Source: a virus. Taken from it: a DNA stretch of 64,000 nucleotides. The notes below the pieces were generated by a model. The model was not told the DNA's origin. It did not search any database and was given only the letters and a program-made list of their open reading frames with translations. The position numbers were made by a program, and so were the translations under genes. The stretch covers positions 3,708 through 67,707 of the IMG/VR virus record IMGVR_UViG_3300025266_000005. The stretch is one strand, 5' to 3'. Shown piece after piece: positions 9,766 through 18,813 of the stretch. Numbering within the stretch: position 1 is the first letter of the stretch; each line of letters opens with the position of its first letter.

Positions 9766-10014
9766 TTATCGTTTCTCAGCCTTTGCGTTAGCGATAGCAG
9801 ATTTATAATCATCGACCATCTGCGTTATTGTCTGGTTGAACCGTTCAACGTCTTCCAGCGAGTAAGTTCCATCATTCAAATCAGCCCATGAACATAACGG
9901 CGGACAGATACCGTTTACCCCTGTGCAGGGGCGCATCAAGTACCAATTTATGTTGGTTGGCTTTGCATTGCCTCGATTGCGGCGCGGTTTTCTTCTGCCC
10001 AATAGGTAAAAAAA
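9766..10014 (-). CDS. Tail assembly chaperone frameshift extension (GT-like), reached by -1 slip at T-TTT-TTT 10008-10014
   Basis: GGT TTT TTT ACC; a -1 shift reads TAC CTA TTG GGC AGA into ORF 9766-10002. Confidence 0.7.
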   Translation of the reverse strand, partial: FFYLLGRRKPRRNRGNAKPTNINWYLMRPCTGVNGICPPLCSWADLNDGTYSLEDVERFNQTITQMVDDYKSAIANAKAEKR

Positions 10015-10355
10015 CCTTCAAGATTCCACCGCAACACTTTCGCACGCAGTTTGTTGTATTCCATCACCTTGCCATCAAAATCACGAATGGAAACAAAGTC
10101 ATCACGTCCGGCAATGCTGATACGCGACATAATTAACCCATCGATTTTTTCTTTTAACTGATATGGCAACGCCATCATCATAAAAACCAATACCGCCTCA
10201 TCAGGCTCACTGCTTTTCTGGTTTTTTGCTGCCATAGCAAGACGCTGAGTCAATGGCTGAGTTAACAGGCTAAATACTTCATCTTGTGCGACGGCTGATG
10301 CCCTTGCGACGTTGTAGGTTTCTGCGCCCAGTGTGAATGTCTTAGTATTGGACAT
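9948..10355 (-). CDS. Tail assembly chaperone (G-like)
   Basis: Between tube and tape measure; slippery run near its 3' end. Confidence 0.75.
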   Translation of the reverse strand: MSNTKTFTLGAETYNVARASAVAQDEVFSLLTQPLTQRLAMAAKNQKSSEPDEAVLVFMMMALPYQLKEKIDGLIMSRISIAGRDDFVSIRDFDGKVMEYNKLRAKVLRWNLEGFFTYWAEENRAAIEAMQSQPT

Positions 10356-10768
10356 TATTCACCGCCTTTAAGACCAGTCCATGCGTTGAATTCCATTAAG
10401 AATTGGTCATCTGAAATAGTGGTGCCGCCGCGATTACTTGCGCCGTCATTGGTAATAACGCCCTCTGTACCAATTGCGTTTTCCAGTGTGCCGATTACCG
10501 TTGCCGAAAAACTGATGTTTGCGTAACTATTGAATAGCGCCTGCATGTAAGCTGAATCGGGACTGCCAGGGTTAAGATTTAATGTTACTGAGCGGCCAGG
10601 GTTTTTCCGATCCAGACGAATAGCGTTACCACCCATGCCGCGGCGCAGGTTAGAGCGTTGATCGATAGGCGCATCAGTAATGGGTGAATCTGAATCGCCC
10701 CAATCCGTTATTTCTCGTCCGTTGACTGTTACTACTATCTGATCGGTGCTGAAATTATTTAATGCCAT
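10355..10768 (-). CDS. Tail tube protein
   Basis: 137 aa after sheath; VTVNGREITDW and VTLNLNPGSPD motifs. Confidence 0.75.
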   Translation of the reverse strand: MALNNFSTDQIVVTVNGREITDWGDSDSPITDAPIDQRSNLRRGMGGNAIRLDRKNPGRSVTLNLNPGSPDSAYMQALFNSYANISFSATVIGTLENAIGTEGVITNDGASNRGGTTISDDQFLMEFNAWTGLKGGE

Positions 10769-10780
10769 CGTTAATGCCCC

Positions 10781-11920
10781 TTAGTAAACGTCTAAATCAA
10801 TGATTGCTTTATGGATAGCGCCAGCACGGAACAGGCGAATACGAATTGGTGCGGACAAACGACTGTCGCGATCTTCTGTTGAAATATCCAGAATATCTTC
10901 TGGTTTGGTTAAGATTTCATAGCCGACTGTGTATTTTTCAATACCATCATCTGGATCGACATAATTGCGCGGGCCCAAATACCCGTTATCAATGTATTGG
11001 TCGCAAACCTGACGCGCTGTAGCCAGTAATACCGCTTGTCCGCGTGGCGTTTGTTGTAACTTGGTGGTGACATTTGCCAGTGCGTTATAAAGCCGGACCG
11101 TCACGGTATTAATAAACGCATCCAGATTCACCACGTCATCGATGTATTCACCGAAGGTGCTATGCGTAATGGTATTTAACCAGCGACCCACATCAGTTGA
11201 GCCTTGAAGCTCTACCGTTGCGTAGAAGGTAGCGTTTTTGGTATCAGCTTCCATCGCGGCAATCTCAGTGCCTTTTAAATCTTCTGACGCAACACCTGGG
11301 GATTTTTTAAACTCTCCGGTAATGGTTGAGTTTTCGCCGCTGTAATTAACTGCTGCAAAATGCTTGGCCAGTGCCGTTCCTGCATAAGCGTCTGTTGCGT
11401 GCGCTGCTGTGTAAACGTGGCGATAACCCAGTGTAGTAAGCTGTGATGCAATATCGGTATCATCATTTTGATCGCGAATCGCGGCAACTGCTGTACTGGT
11501 TTGATTGTCAATGAACATACTGGCGTTTTCTTCACACCATGCAGCAGCCAGAAGCACATCTGCTTCTACCGAATACACATCAGCGGTCAGGATTGTCCAG
11601 TACCACCAGAACTCATCACGCGCTTTATTGAACGTTGCGGTTAGCGTGGCATCTACTGGATTGGTTACCCAAATAGTAACTTGGCGCATTTTTGGTGTGC
11701 CGCCCAACCATTTATTGGCTGACTTGTATGTTTCGGTGGTATCGGCAAAGTCGGCTGCTACTTCTGTAATATCAAAGTAAGTTTTGAAAGTATCTACGGT
11801 CAGCGCACCATTTTCGCTTGAATCTGAAAACACCACTGCTGATGCAAAGTTAGCAAAGCCCAAACCAGCAGGACTTATACGTGCATTGACTTGAATTATT
11901 CGATCTGCTGGATATGTCAT
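10781..11920 (-). CDS. Tail sheath protein (DUF3383-like, compact 379 aa)
   Basis: YIDDVVNLDAF, QTPRGQ and C-terminal AGAIHKAII motifs. Confidence 0.85.
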   Translation of the reverse strand: MTYPADRIIQVNARISPAGLGFANFASAVVFSDSSENGALTVDTFKTYFDITEVAADFADTTETYKSANKWLGGTPKMRQVTIWVTNPVDATLTATFNKARDEFWWYWTILTADVYSVEADVLLAAAWCEENASMFIDNQTSTAVAAIRDQNDDTDIASQLTTLGYRHVYTAAHATDAYAGTALAKHFAAVNYSGENSTITGEFKKSPGVASEDLKGTEIAAMEADTKNATFYATVELQGSTDVGRWLNTITHSTFGEYIDDVVNLDAFINTVTVRLYNALANVTTKLQQTPRGQAVLLATARQVCDQYIDNGYLGPRNYVDPDDGIEKYTVGYEILTKPEDILDISTEDRDSRLSAPIRIRLFRAGAIHKAIIDLDVY

Positions 11921-11923
11921 TTA

Positions 11924-12454
11924 TTAACCTCGTATATCAATATTGATTTCTTGGATGACCTGGCCATCCTCTTTTTCTGCAATGATTTTGGTGCCTAAAA
12001 TATTGTTCACGGCATAGGCTGTGCTTGACTCCATCCATAGATAAAGCTCAATACGTGCCCGTTGCTCGTAGTTATTTGATTGAAGTGCCGTTAAATCGAG
12101 TATTCCGCTTGTGTTGCGTATGGAAATTTTGTGCTTAAACAAATCCCATGTGACCGTTTCAACCTTGCCCATCTGCAGCAGACGCTGAGCACGCTCATTT
12201 GCTGGACCGCGATAGAACTCAACTATCACGGTGACCATGATTTGTGGTCTTACATCGGTTTCGACTTGATCGTCAGGTATGTCTTTTCGGTAAATATTGG
12301 CTTGTCCACGCTCTTCCACTGCATAACGTGGCTGAACTGATGCGTACTCACCTGTCGGCGCATCTTGGTTTTGTGCATAGAGGATGCACTCAGGTACGCC
12401 AGTTAAACCCATAATGTGCGGGCGCAAGATGGCAAAGATTTCTTCATTGGTCAT
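11924..12454 (-). CDS. Neck/tail terminator protein
   Basis: Position before sheath; DLTAL...YEQRA motif. Confidence 0.65.
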   Translation of the reverse strand: MTNEEIFAILRPHIMGLTGVPECILYAQNQDAPTGEYASVQPRYAVEERGQANIYRKDIPDDQVETDVRPQIMVTVIVEFYRGPANERAQRLLQMGKVETVTWDLFKHKISIRNTSGILDLTALQSNNYEQRARIELYLWMESSTAYAVNNILGTKIIAEKEDGQVIQEINIDIRG

Positions 12455-12800
12455 CGTAGCGAACCACTATTAGTTTTGCGTAATTGCGCCACTCTCTAAC
12501 GTCACGTTCAACGATTTTCCATTCATCGCCTTCAAGCCGCATATCTTCGCCGAGCTTTAATAACTCTAAATCACCGTCATTGATATACACCTTGCGAGAA
12601 TCAAGGATTCTCTGCCCGGCTAGCATGAGATTGGATAACTCTTTATCATCTAGCTGCTGAACGTTTGCTCTGTAACTGACGGTTGTTTCTGTGCCGTCCT
12701 GCCAAATACCGTTTACATAAGCGCCACCTGCTTGATAGGTGAGAGTTACAGGTATCGACTCAAACACATCATCGATGTGCCCACTCATATTGAGGCTCAA
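12444..12800 (-). CDS. Head closure / head-tail adaptor
   Basis: GAYVNGIWQDG...ANVQQL pattern; synteny. Confidence 0.65.
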   Translation of the reverse strand: MSLNMSGHIDDVFESIPVTLTYQAGGAYVNGIWQDGTETTVSYRANVQQLDDKELSNLMLAGQRILDSRKVYINDGDLELLKLGEDMRLEGDEWKIVERDVREWRNYAKLIVVRYDDQ

Positions 12801-13258
12801 AGTGATACCTCCGGTTTTTTGCTGCTGACGGTGTACGTAATGCTGCTACGCATTGCGCCGGTATCGATTAATGGGTTTGAACTGCCTTTGCGTTTGATGG
12901 TGCTTGCTGCATTAGCTGGTGATTTCAAATCCGTGATGAACTCTTTCACATTACCTACGGCAAGCAAGCCAACTTGAGCAATAATCTGCTCACTGGTTAG
13001 GCCGCGCTTCACGCCATCCTGAATGGTTTGCAAATATTCTCTGTTACCTTTTGCCACGCCTAAATCTAGGAATGGTCTGGCAGGTATCTTGCCGTTGCCA
13101 AAGTGCTGTGTGGCGCCCAATCCAGCCATAGTGAGCGGCTGACCTTCGACACTACCTGCAGACTCATGAATGCCAATTAATGCGTATTCTGTGGTGAACT
13201 TTCCCAGTTCTTTTTTAAGCGCTTCCTGCACTTGTTGCAGACCAATTATCTTGATCAT
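12797..13258 (-). CDS. Neck / tail completion protein
   Basis: IPARPFL and NAASTIKRKGSSNPLIDTGAMRSSITY motifs. Confidence 0.75.
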   Translation of the reverse strand: MIKIIGLQQVQEALKKELGKFTTEYALIGIHESAGSVEGQPLTMAGLGATQHFGNGKIPARPFLDLGVAKGNREYLQTIQDGVKRGLTSEQIIAQVGLLAVGNVKEFITDLKSPANAASTIKRKGSSNPLIDTGAMRSSITYTVSSKKPEVSL

Positions 13259-13674
13259 TAAACAGCCAATGCGCCCATACCAGCACGCCGACGCAGGCGT
13301 AAAAACTGCACGCCGTAGTTGGTCAGTGACAGCCAGTCGTTTTCCGTGTCCTGGATAGCGCCTACTCGATAAGTTATCGATTCATCAGCAACTGACTTAG
13401 CAGCTACGTTTAACCGTGCTGTCGGGCTAATGTTTGACGTATCGCTAGCGCCTTGCAGATAAGTCACAGCCAGCCAATGCGCGGCGTAATAAAACATGCC
13501 ACGTCGTTTAAAATTCTGACAAACATCATCAAATACACCCCAGCCGCGACCACCTGTTTCAGCGTCAGCCTCACATAACGCAGTTTCAACGACATCATCA
13601 GGCCATTTAGTTGCGTCAGTGAATGCAGGCTGATTTGCACGAAACGATGTGATGATGGCTGGGGTGATTTCCAT
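13258..13674 (-). CDS. Head-tail connector (DUF4054-like)
   Basis: FRANQPAF, YYAAHWL and TNYGVQFLRL motifs. Confidence 0.75.
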   Translation of the reverse strand: MEITPAIITSFRANQPAFTDATKWPDDVVETALCEADAETGGRGWGVFDDVCQNFKRRGMFYYAAHWLAVTYLQGASDTSNISPTARLNVAAKSVADESITYRVGAIQDTENDWLSLTNYGVQFLRLRRRAGMGALAV

Positions 13675-13677
13675 TGC

Positions 13678-13986
13678 TTATGCTTCTACTGCTTTTTCAA
13701 GCTCGTCTTTCATTTGAGCGATAGTCCAGCTTTTTTTAACTTCAACACCTAAAGCTTCAAGGTCTTCAGTCAGTTGTTCTTTTTCTGTTTTTGGCGCGTC
13801 TTCATCAACGTCTTTTACGTCAACGACAGATAGCCAGCCACGCTTAAAGCAGTCTTTCGCAAATTCGGTCTTGGCTGCTTTTTCTGAAATCTCGACAGGC
13901 GGATGATTACCTGGCAATGTGCGACAAGGCTTTTCACCTTTGACATTGATCGTGATAACTCGCGCTGTGTGGTTTTTTACAAACAT
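13678..13986 (-). CDS. Small capsid-associated protein with HeH/LEM-like C-terminus
   Basis: GGAG RBS; KEQLTEDLEALGVEVKKSWTIAQM. Confidence 0.5.
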   Translation of the reverse strand: MFVKNHTARVITINVKGEKPCRTLPGNHPPVEISEKAAKTEFAKDCFKRGWLSVVDVKDVDEDAPKTEKEQLTEDLEALGVEVKKSWTIAQMKDELEKAVEA

Positions 13987-13999
13987 AATGCTCTCCAAT

Positions 14000-14024
14000 A
14001 AAAAAGCCCCTTTCGGGGCTTTTT
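14000..14024. terminator. Bidirectional intrinsic terminator after major capsid gene
   Basis: AAAAAAGCCCC-TTTC-GGGGCTTTTT. Confidence 0.85.
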
Positions 14025-14044
14025 GGTTGCTTATGGTTTACCGC

Positions 14045-15064
14045 TTAGATTAGCGTGCGGTATGCACCTGACAGCGGGTAACGGAACTCAACGCCAGACA
14101 CCTTGTACTCAGCGGGAACCTTGATTTTCAGGTTGCGGGCTTGTGGTGCGATTGGACGCCAAACCATAGGCACATGCATGACCAGGTTTTCAGAGTTGTT
14201 TTCATACGCCATCATGCGATCTTTGGTAATTGCAGCATCGTATTTTGCTAATTCGGTTGCGCTTAACTGCAAACGAGGCACAACACGTAACTGCTGACCG
14301 GTCATTTTGGTGTAAACGTTGTTTTTCATCAGTAAATCCATGATGGTCACATCAGGGTTTACTGTGCTGGCTGTGGTTGTGGCTAAGAAGCTCCAACGCT
14401 CAGATGGCAACACCAACGTATTTGGCACATGAATATTTGAAGAAGTCGCCCAAACACTGGTTAAGAAATCATTCACATCTGCCACAATTTCCAGTGGAGT
14501 AGTGGCAGGATCATTCCAGTCCAGTGTTGAGTTATCGAGTGATACGTTAGGGTTATTAAACAAGCCTGTCATACCCCGATCGGCATCACCAAAGTAAGCC
14601 ACTTCCTGCATATGTTCTTCTGCGCCGCGTCGTGCTGCACGCGCCAGAGAAACATCGATAGGCATACGCATTTGAGCTGATTTACGCAGTTCATCCAGGG
14701 TGTATTCAAACGAGTTACCGGCATAGCCCACTTTAATGCTTGATTTGTGGGCATTTGCTGATACGTTTGGCAAGTCATCTGCTGCAGCGCCGATGAATTT
14801 ACCCATCGTTACGGCATCAATGCTGATGTAATCAACGCTATCTACCCATTCAGGCATAGAAGTGTCGATTGGGATCAGGTCTGCAAAGTTGATGTTAAGG
14901 TATTTCGCTTCGTAAATACGCGATTCAACCTGTGATAACTGGCTGATGTAGAACGCCAACCCATCATCGATAGTGCGCATTTCAGCATCGAAACTGATAA
15001 CCGTACCTTTTTGCAAGCCTACTGCAGGCAAGTCACGGTCAAGAGTGATTGTATTTGTCTTCAT
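14045..15064 (-). CDS. Major capsid protein (DUF2184 family)
   Basis: YTLDELR, VAYFGD...GLFNNPNV and GVEFRYP motifs. Confidence 0.85.
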   Translation of the reverse strand: MKTNTITLDRDLPAVGLQKGTVISFDAEMRTIDDGLAFYISQLSQVESRIYEAKYLNINFADLIPIDTSMPEWVDSVDYISIDAVTMGKFIGAAADDLPNVSANAHKSSIKVGYAGNSFEYTLDELRKSAQMRMPIDVSLARAARRGAEEHMQEVAYFGDADRGMTGLFNNPNVSLDNSTLDWNDPATTPLEIVADVNDFLTSVWATSSNIHVPNTLVLPSERWSFLATTTASTVNPDVTIMDLLMKNNVYTKMTGQQLRVVPRLQLSATELAKYDAAITKDRMMAYENNSENLVMHVPMVWRPIAPQARNLKIKVPAEYKVSGVEFRYPLSGAYRTLI

Positions 15065-15067
15065 GGT

Positions 15068-15565
15068 TTAACCTCCTACCACAATTGATAATGCAGCCAA
15101 ACCACCTGATGCAGCATCGCTGATAAATTTCGCATTAGGCAGTGCCAATGCAGTTGTTGCAGCGGTGCCTGCTGCGTTTGAGAAATGGCCGACTGTATCG
15201 AGGTCTGAACCGTTGCCGATAACGACAAAGGCCGGCTGACCTGCGGTAACGTCTGCAATGACTGGAACGTAAATGGTGCCAACTGTTAATACAGAGGCAT
15301 CATATTCAGGCAATGCGCCGTATGATTCGCCTTGTTCGGTGACGCGGTTTAATTCGCGACGCAGAACGCCAACCACATTGGCAATGACTGATGTGTTAGT
15401 GAGTAAGCCAAAACCGTCTTCACCTACGCGAGCAACAGCAACGCCAAAAGGCACAACCGCATCAGTGGTGTTTAGTTTTGAAACCGAGTTATTTACTTGT
15501 GCATCAACCACCATGCCTGGAAGGGCTTTCTGGTGATTAATGGCATATCCGCCTTGTACTGCCAT
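15068..15565 (-). CDS. Capsid cement/decoration protein
   Basis: Between protease/scaffold and capsid; PFGVAV...VLTVGTIYV motif. Confidence 0.7.
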   Translation of the reverse strand: MAVQGGYAINHQKALPGMVVDAQVNNSVSKLNTTDAVVPFGVAVARVGEDGFGLLTNTSVIANVVGVLRRELNRVTEQGESYGALPEYDASVLTVGTIYVPVIADVTAGQPAFVVIGNGSDLDTVGHFSNAAGTAATTALALPNAKFISDAASGGLAALSIVVGG

Positions 15566-15567
15566 GA

Positions 15568-16689
15568 TTAAGCCTCCTTAGCTTGTGGTTTGGTTAAACG
15601 GTCTTTGTACTCGCTATGCGCATCAGACGTTTGTTGCTGCATACCCTGCGCACCGTCCTGAGCCAATCGAGCAAGTTGCTCTTTGTTTTTCTGCTCTGGT
15701 GATGCTTTAGCTGATTCCAGCGCCATATCGAACGATGCACGAATGTAATCAGCCGATCTATCGGCCCATTCGTTTGCTGGTCGCGCCACTTTCAAGGCTG
15801 ACCGCATAATTTCCACGTCATCCATTGAGTCGGTTGTGAAGGTATCGCCAGCAATTTTCATTGCCGCATCTTTCACGGTAGCGATGCGATCAACACGTAA
15901 TTTGATTTCTTCATCAGAAGATTTCAGTTTTAATGCGTCGATTTCTTCTTTTTGGGCATCAATCACAGCTTGTTTTTTCTGGATTTCTGCTTGTGCGTCG
16001 GAAACCGCCTTATTTGCGTCGGTTACTTCTTTGTTCAATCTGTCAAATGCATCAGTAACGAGCAGAGCTGTTGCCTCGTCCTGCACATCAACAGATCGAC
16101 CACTATCTAATGTGACTTTAGTCATAGCTGTCTCTCTTTGTTGGTTGTCAAAAATACGGGCTTGCCGTCCTGCTCGTGCCATGGGCACTATAGCAACGTG
16201 ATTTACCCTAATATCACGCTGTATATACTGATAATTCTCGCCGCTTGGGGCTGTGCCTTCTTGTGGCACGTAATCGGCTGTATAGCCTGCTGAAAGCTCT
16301 GCATTGCCTGCATTAATGTCATCTATGGCTAACTGGTCTTTAATGATTAAATCAGCCACCACAAAATCACCATCACGACGGCCTGAACCACGCACCACGC
16401 CTTTTGATGTGCTGCTGTAGTTTTTGGCATTCACTAAATCGCCAGGGTGACGAATGGTGATGTCTGCACAGTTATAGGTATCGAGTGATTCGGCCTTAAA
16501 TACTTCATCCTCTGGACGAAACACGTTGACCACTTCGTTAGGGTCGCCGTCTAATTGCAGTTCTTTTCTGAGGTACTGCTGAATGCCGGTTTTCGCCACA
16601 CGTCCAGGCACCTTTAAAAAGCCTTCATCGGTAAACTCACGATGCGTAACCCTAAAGGTGTTTTTGTCTTGAATCGTTATGCGTGTCAT
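15568..16689 (-). CDS. Prohead protease-scaffold (DUF2213 family)
   Basis: TDEGFL...AKTGIQQY, ELSAGY and NHVAIV...RAG motifs plus coiled-coil tail. Confidence 0.85.
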   Translation of the reverse strand: MTRITIQDKNTFRVTHREFTDEGFLKVPGRVAKTGIQQYLRKELQLDGDPNEVVNVFRPEDEVFKAESLDTYNCADITIRHPGDLVNAKNYSSTSKGVVRGSGRRDGDFVVADLIIKDQLAIDDINAGNAELSAGYTADYVPQEGTAPSGENYQYIQRDIRVNHVAIVPMARAGRQARIFDNQQRETAMTKVTLDSGRSVDVQDEATALLVTDAFDRLNKEVTDANKAVSDAQAEIQKKQAVIDAQKEEIDALKLKSSDEEIKLRVDRIATVKDAAMKIAGDTFTTDSMDDVEIMRSALKVARPANEWADRSADYIRASFDMALESAKASPEQKNKEQLARLAQDGAQGMQQQTSDAHSEYKDRLTKPQAKEA

Positions 16690-17474
16690 TGATTCGCCTT
16701 TTTATTCTTCATGTACTTTTCAACTGATGCCGTTGTTTTGGCTCGTGCTGTGCATCGACACCCAAAATCAGAACCGGGCTGTATTTTTTGGCCCTTATCA
16801 TTCGTCGGCAGGTCATCCCATCGATAAACGCCTATGCCGTATTTAGTTTCTTTATTGGCTATCACTTCATGGCGGTGACGGACTCGCTCATCATCACTAT
16901 CGAGCCACTGGAAGTATTCAAAGCCCGCATCTATCTGGCGTTGCTTGTCTATTTCACCGTTTACTTTGGCGGTCTGGTCGCGGGCAATAAATCTGGCCCG
17001 ACGCTGCGTTATTTCGTAATCCGCTTTCAGTTGCCGGGTTATCTCTCTCGGCATGATTCCGTTGCGCATGGCTGTCATAACGGTATTGGCTACGTTATTC
17101 AGGTATTGCTCTGGAATGGATTTAATAAGGTTTGCGTTTTGCTTGGTTGCTGCGCTTAAGTAATTGGCCATCTTTTCCGAATTACCAAAAGCGTTAATGC
17201 CAAACTTTGCTTTGTTCTTTCTATCTACGAATTGCGTTGTTTCTTTAACGAACGTTCCCGCAATAACGGCTGCACGCTCAATAAACTCTCTTGAGGACCA
17301 AGTTTCTTTCAGAATATCGAGCATCAACTGAATACGATCGGGCCATGAATCATCCGCGGTGTAACTGTATTCAGACTGATAGATAACCGGCACCAATAGC
17401 TCGTTAATATCTGTTCTGACTTGATTTACAACGCGCTGTAGATTGACGTTGTATTCAATGCCGACGCGGAGCAT
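16686..17474 (-). CDS. Minor head morphogenesis protein (SPP1 gp7 / Mu F family)
   Basis: RARFIARDQTAK, DERVRHRH and PGSDFGCRC motifs. Confidence 0.85.
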   Translation of the reverse strand: MLRVGIEYNVNLQRVVNQVRTDINELLVPVIYQSEYSYTADDSWPDRIQLMLDILKETWSSREFIERAAVIAGTFVKETTQFVDRKNKAKFGINAFGNSEKMANYLSAATKQNANLIKSIPEQYLNNVANTVMTAMRNGIMPREITRQLKADYEITQRRARFIARDQTAKVNGEIDKQRQIDAGFEYFQWLDSDDERVRHRHEVIANKETKYGIGVYRWDDLPTNDKGQKIQPGSDFGCRCTARAKTTASVEKYMKNKKANQ

Positions 17475-18775
17475 TACTCATCAACCGAATTGTCTTCATC
17501 CCGGTCAAATAGATTCGGGTCTTCTAATGCTTCAAGGTCTTCAATCTTTTTATCATCGAACTGATAGGCTTCTGCTGATTGCAGTCTGCGTTGAATCTGT
17601 GACCTTTGAATAACGCCAGCATCAAGCAATAAAACGTCCGTCTCAGCTTCAACCTTGGCTGCTTCTGATTCTTCTTTACGGTTAGGCTGATAAAGCCGGT
17701 TCCAGTCCCAGTTGTAATCCGCTGGCATACTGCCAATGGCTGACCGGACCATAATCTGATCAAGCCAATTCATAGCCGGATCTAACTGGCTATTTTGTTT
17801 CGAGCGCAAACTGTCGTAGTAATTCTTTAAGTCACCTTCGCCAGTTGCATTCATGCCTTTGGCGGATGTACCGAATAACCGTGTCGCTGGAATATCTGCT
17901 GCACCACTAATCCAGGTCATGAGTATTTCCATGACGGGTGCAACGCCGGTTAAATTAAGCGTTAAGCGGTCTAATTTCTCATCACCGTCGAGCAAAGCCA
18001 ATCTGACAATCGATTTCATCTGACTAAACAGTGTGTAACGGTCAATAATTTTGCCGTCTTGATCGGTCGTTAAATCTTCGGTTAGCCCTTCGCGGGTAAT
18101 GACATCAATATTGGCTTCCTGCATTAGCTCGGCAATACCGTCTTTTGATGCCACAACCGATTTCAGGTCAGATAAGCACTTGCGTAATTCTGAGTCACCC
18201 CAGCCTTGCGTAATAACGCGCTGTCTACGTGGGAGCTTGGCACCCATAAAGCGTGCAAAGTGTGTCCAGTGAATACGTTGATTACCCTGATAGATGGTAT
18301 AGAACTCCGGCATCAGGTAGTTTTCAGCTAATGGGTTCCAGGTGTTAATGCTGTTTGGCATTAATTCATAGCGATCGAAAACGATTAACCGCTGCAAATC
18401 ACCTTTTTTAATATTGTTTGGATTGAGCGGCTGCTCTAAATCCTGATTGGCCAGCATTAAAATAGCTGAACCGCCGTACAGTCTCGCCCATGACAAAGCG
18501 TCATTAACGTGCTGCATTAAATTAAGGCGGTCTTCCTCTACGCGGATTTCTTCTGCGTTTTGGCTTTTAATTGAGCGCCATTCACGGACCATATCATCAG
18601 CAGGAATGTCGACTATCTGACGTGCCAGCCAATTTGACTGATAAGCCGCATCTAGTTGAGCAAAGTTACCGATCTCATCAAAGGCAAAATGGTTGTGATA
18701 ACCCTTGGATGCAGCCGTACCTAGACCAGTAACGACGTTTACTAATCCGTCGCTGGTTGGTAATGGTTTATGCAT
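17474..18775 (-). CDS. Portal protein (DUF1073 family)
   Basis: IVDIPADDM, ARLYGG and IPATRLFGTSAKGMNATGEGD motifs. Confidence 0.85.
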   Translation of the reverse strand: MHKPLPTSDGLVNVVTGLGTAASKGYHNHFAFDEIGNFAQLDAAYQSNWLARQIVDIPADDMVREWRSIKSQNAEEIRVEEDRLNLMQHVNDALSWARLYGGSAILMLANQDLEQPLNPNNIKKGDLQRLIVFDRYELMPNSINTWNPLAENYLMPEFYTIYQGNQRIHWTHFARFMGAKLPRRQRVITQGWGDSELRKCLSDLKSVVASKDGIAELMQEANIDVITREGLTEDLTTDQDGKIIDRYTLFSQMKSIVRLALLDGDEKLDRLTLNLTGVAPVMEILMTWISGAADIPATRLFGTSAKGMNATGEGDLKNYYDSLRSKQNSQLDPAMNWLDQIMVRSAIGSMPADYNWDWNRLYQPNRKEESEAAKVEAETDVLLLDAGVIQRSQIQRRLQSAEAYQFDDKKIEDLEALEDPNLFDRDEDNSVDE

Positions 18776-18813
18776 CGTTTAGTCTCCGCGCTTTAGAGCG
18801 CATCTAATGATAG

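Noticed and set aside
17474-18775. Anti-CBASS Acb1 function for the DUF1073 portal
   Set aside because: At 433 aa it looks like portal only; I see no appended phosphoesterase domain with paired HxT motifs
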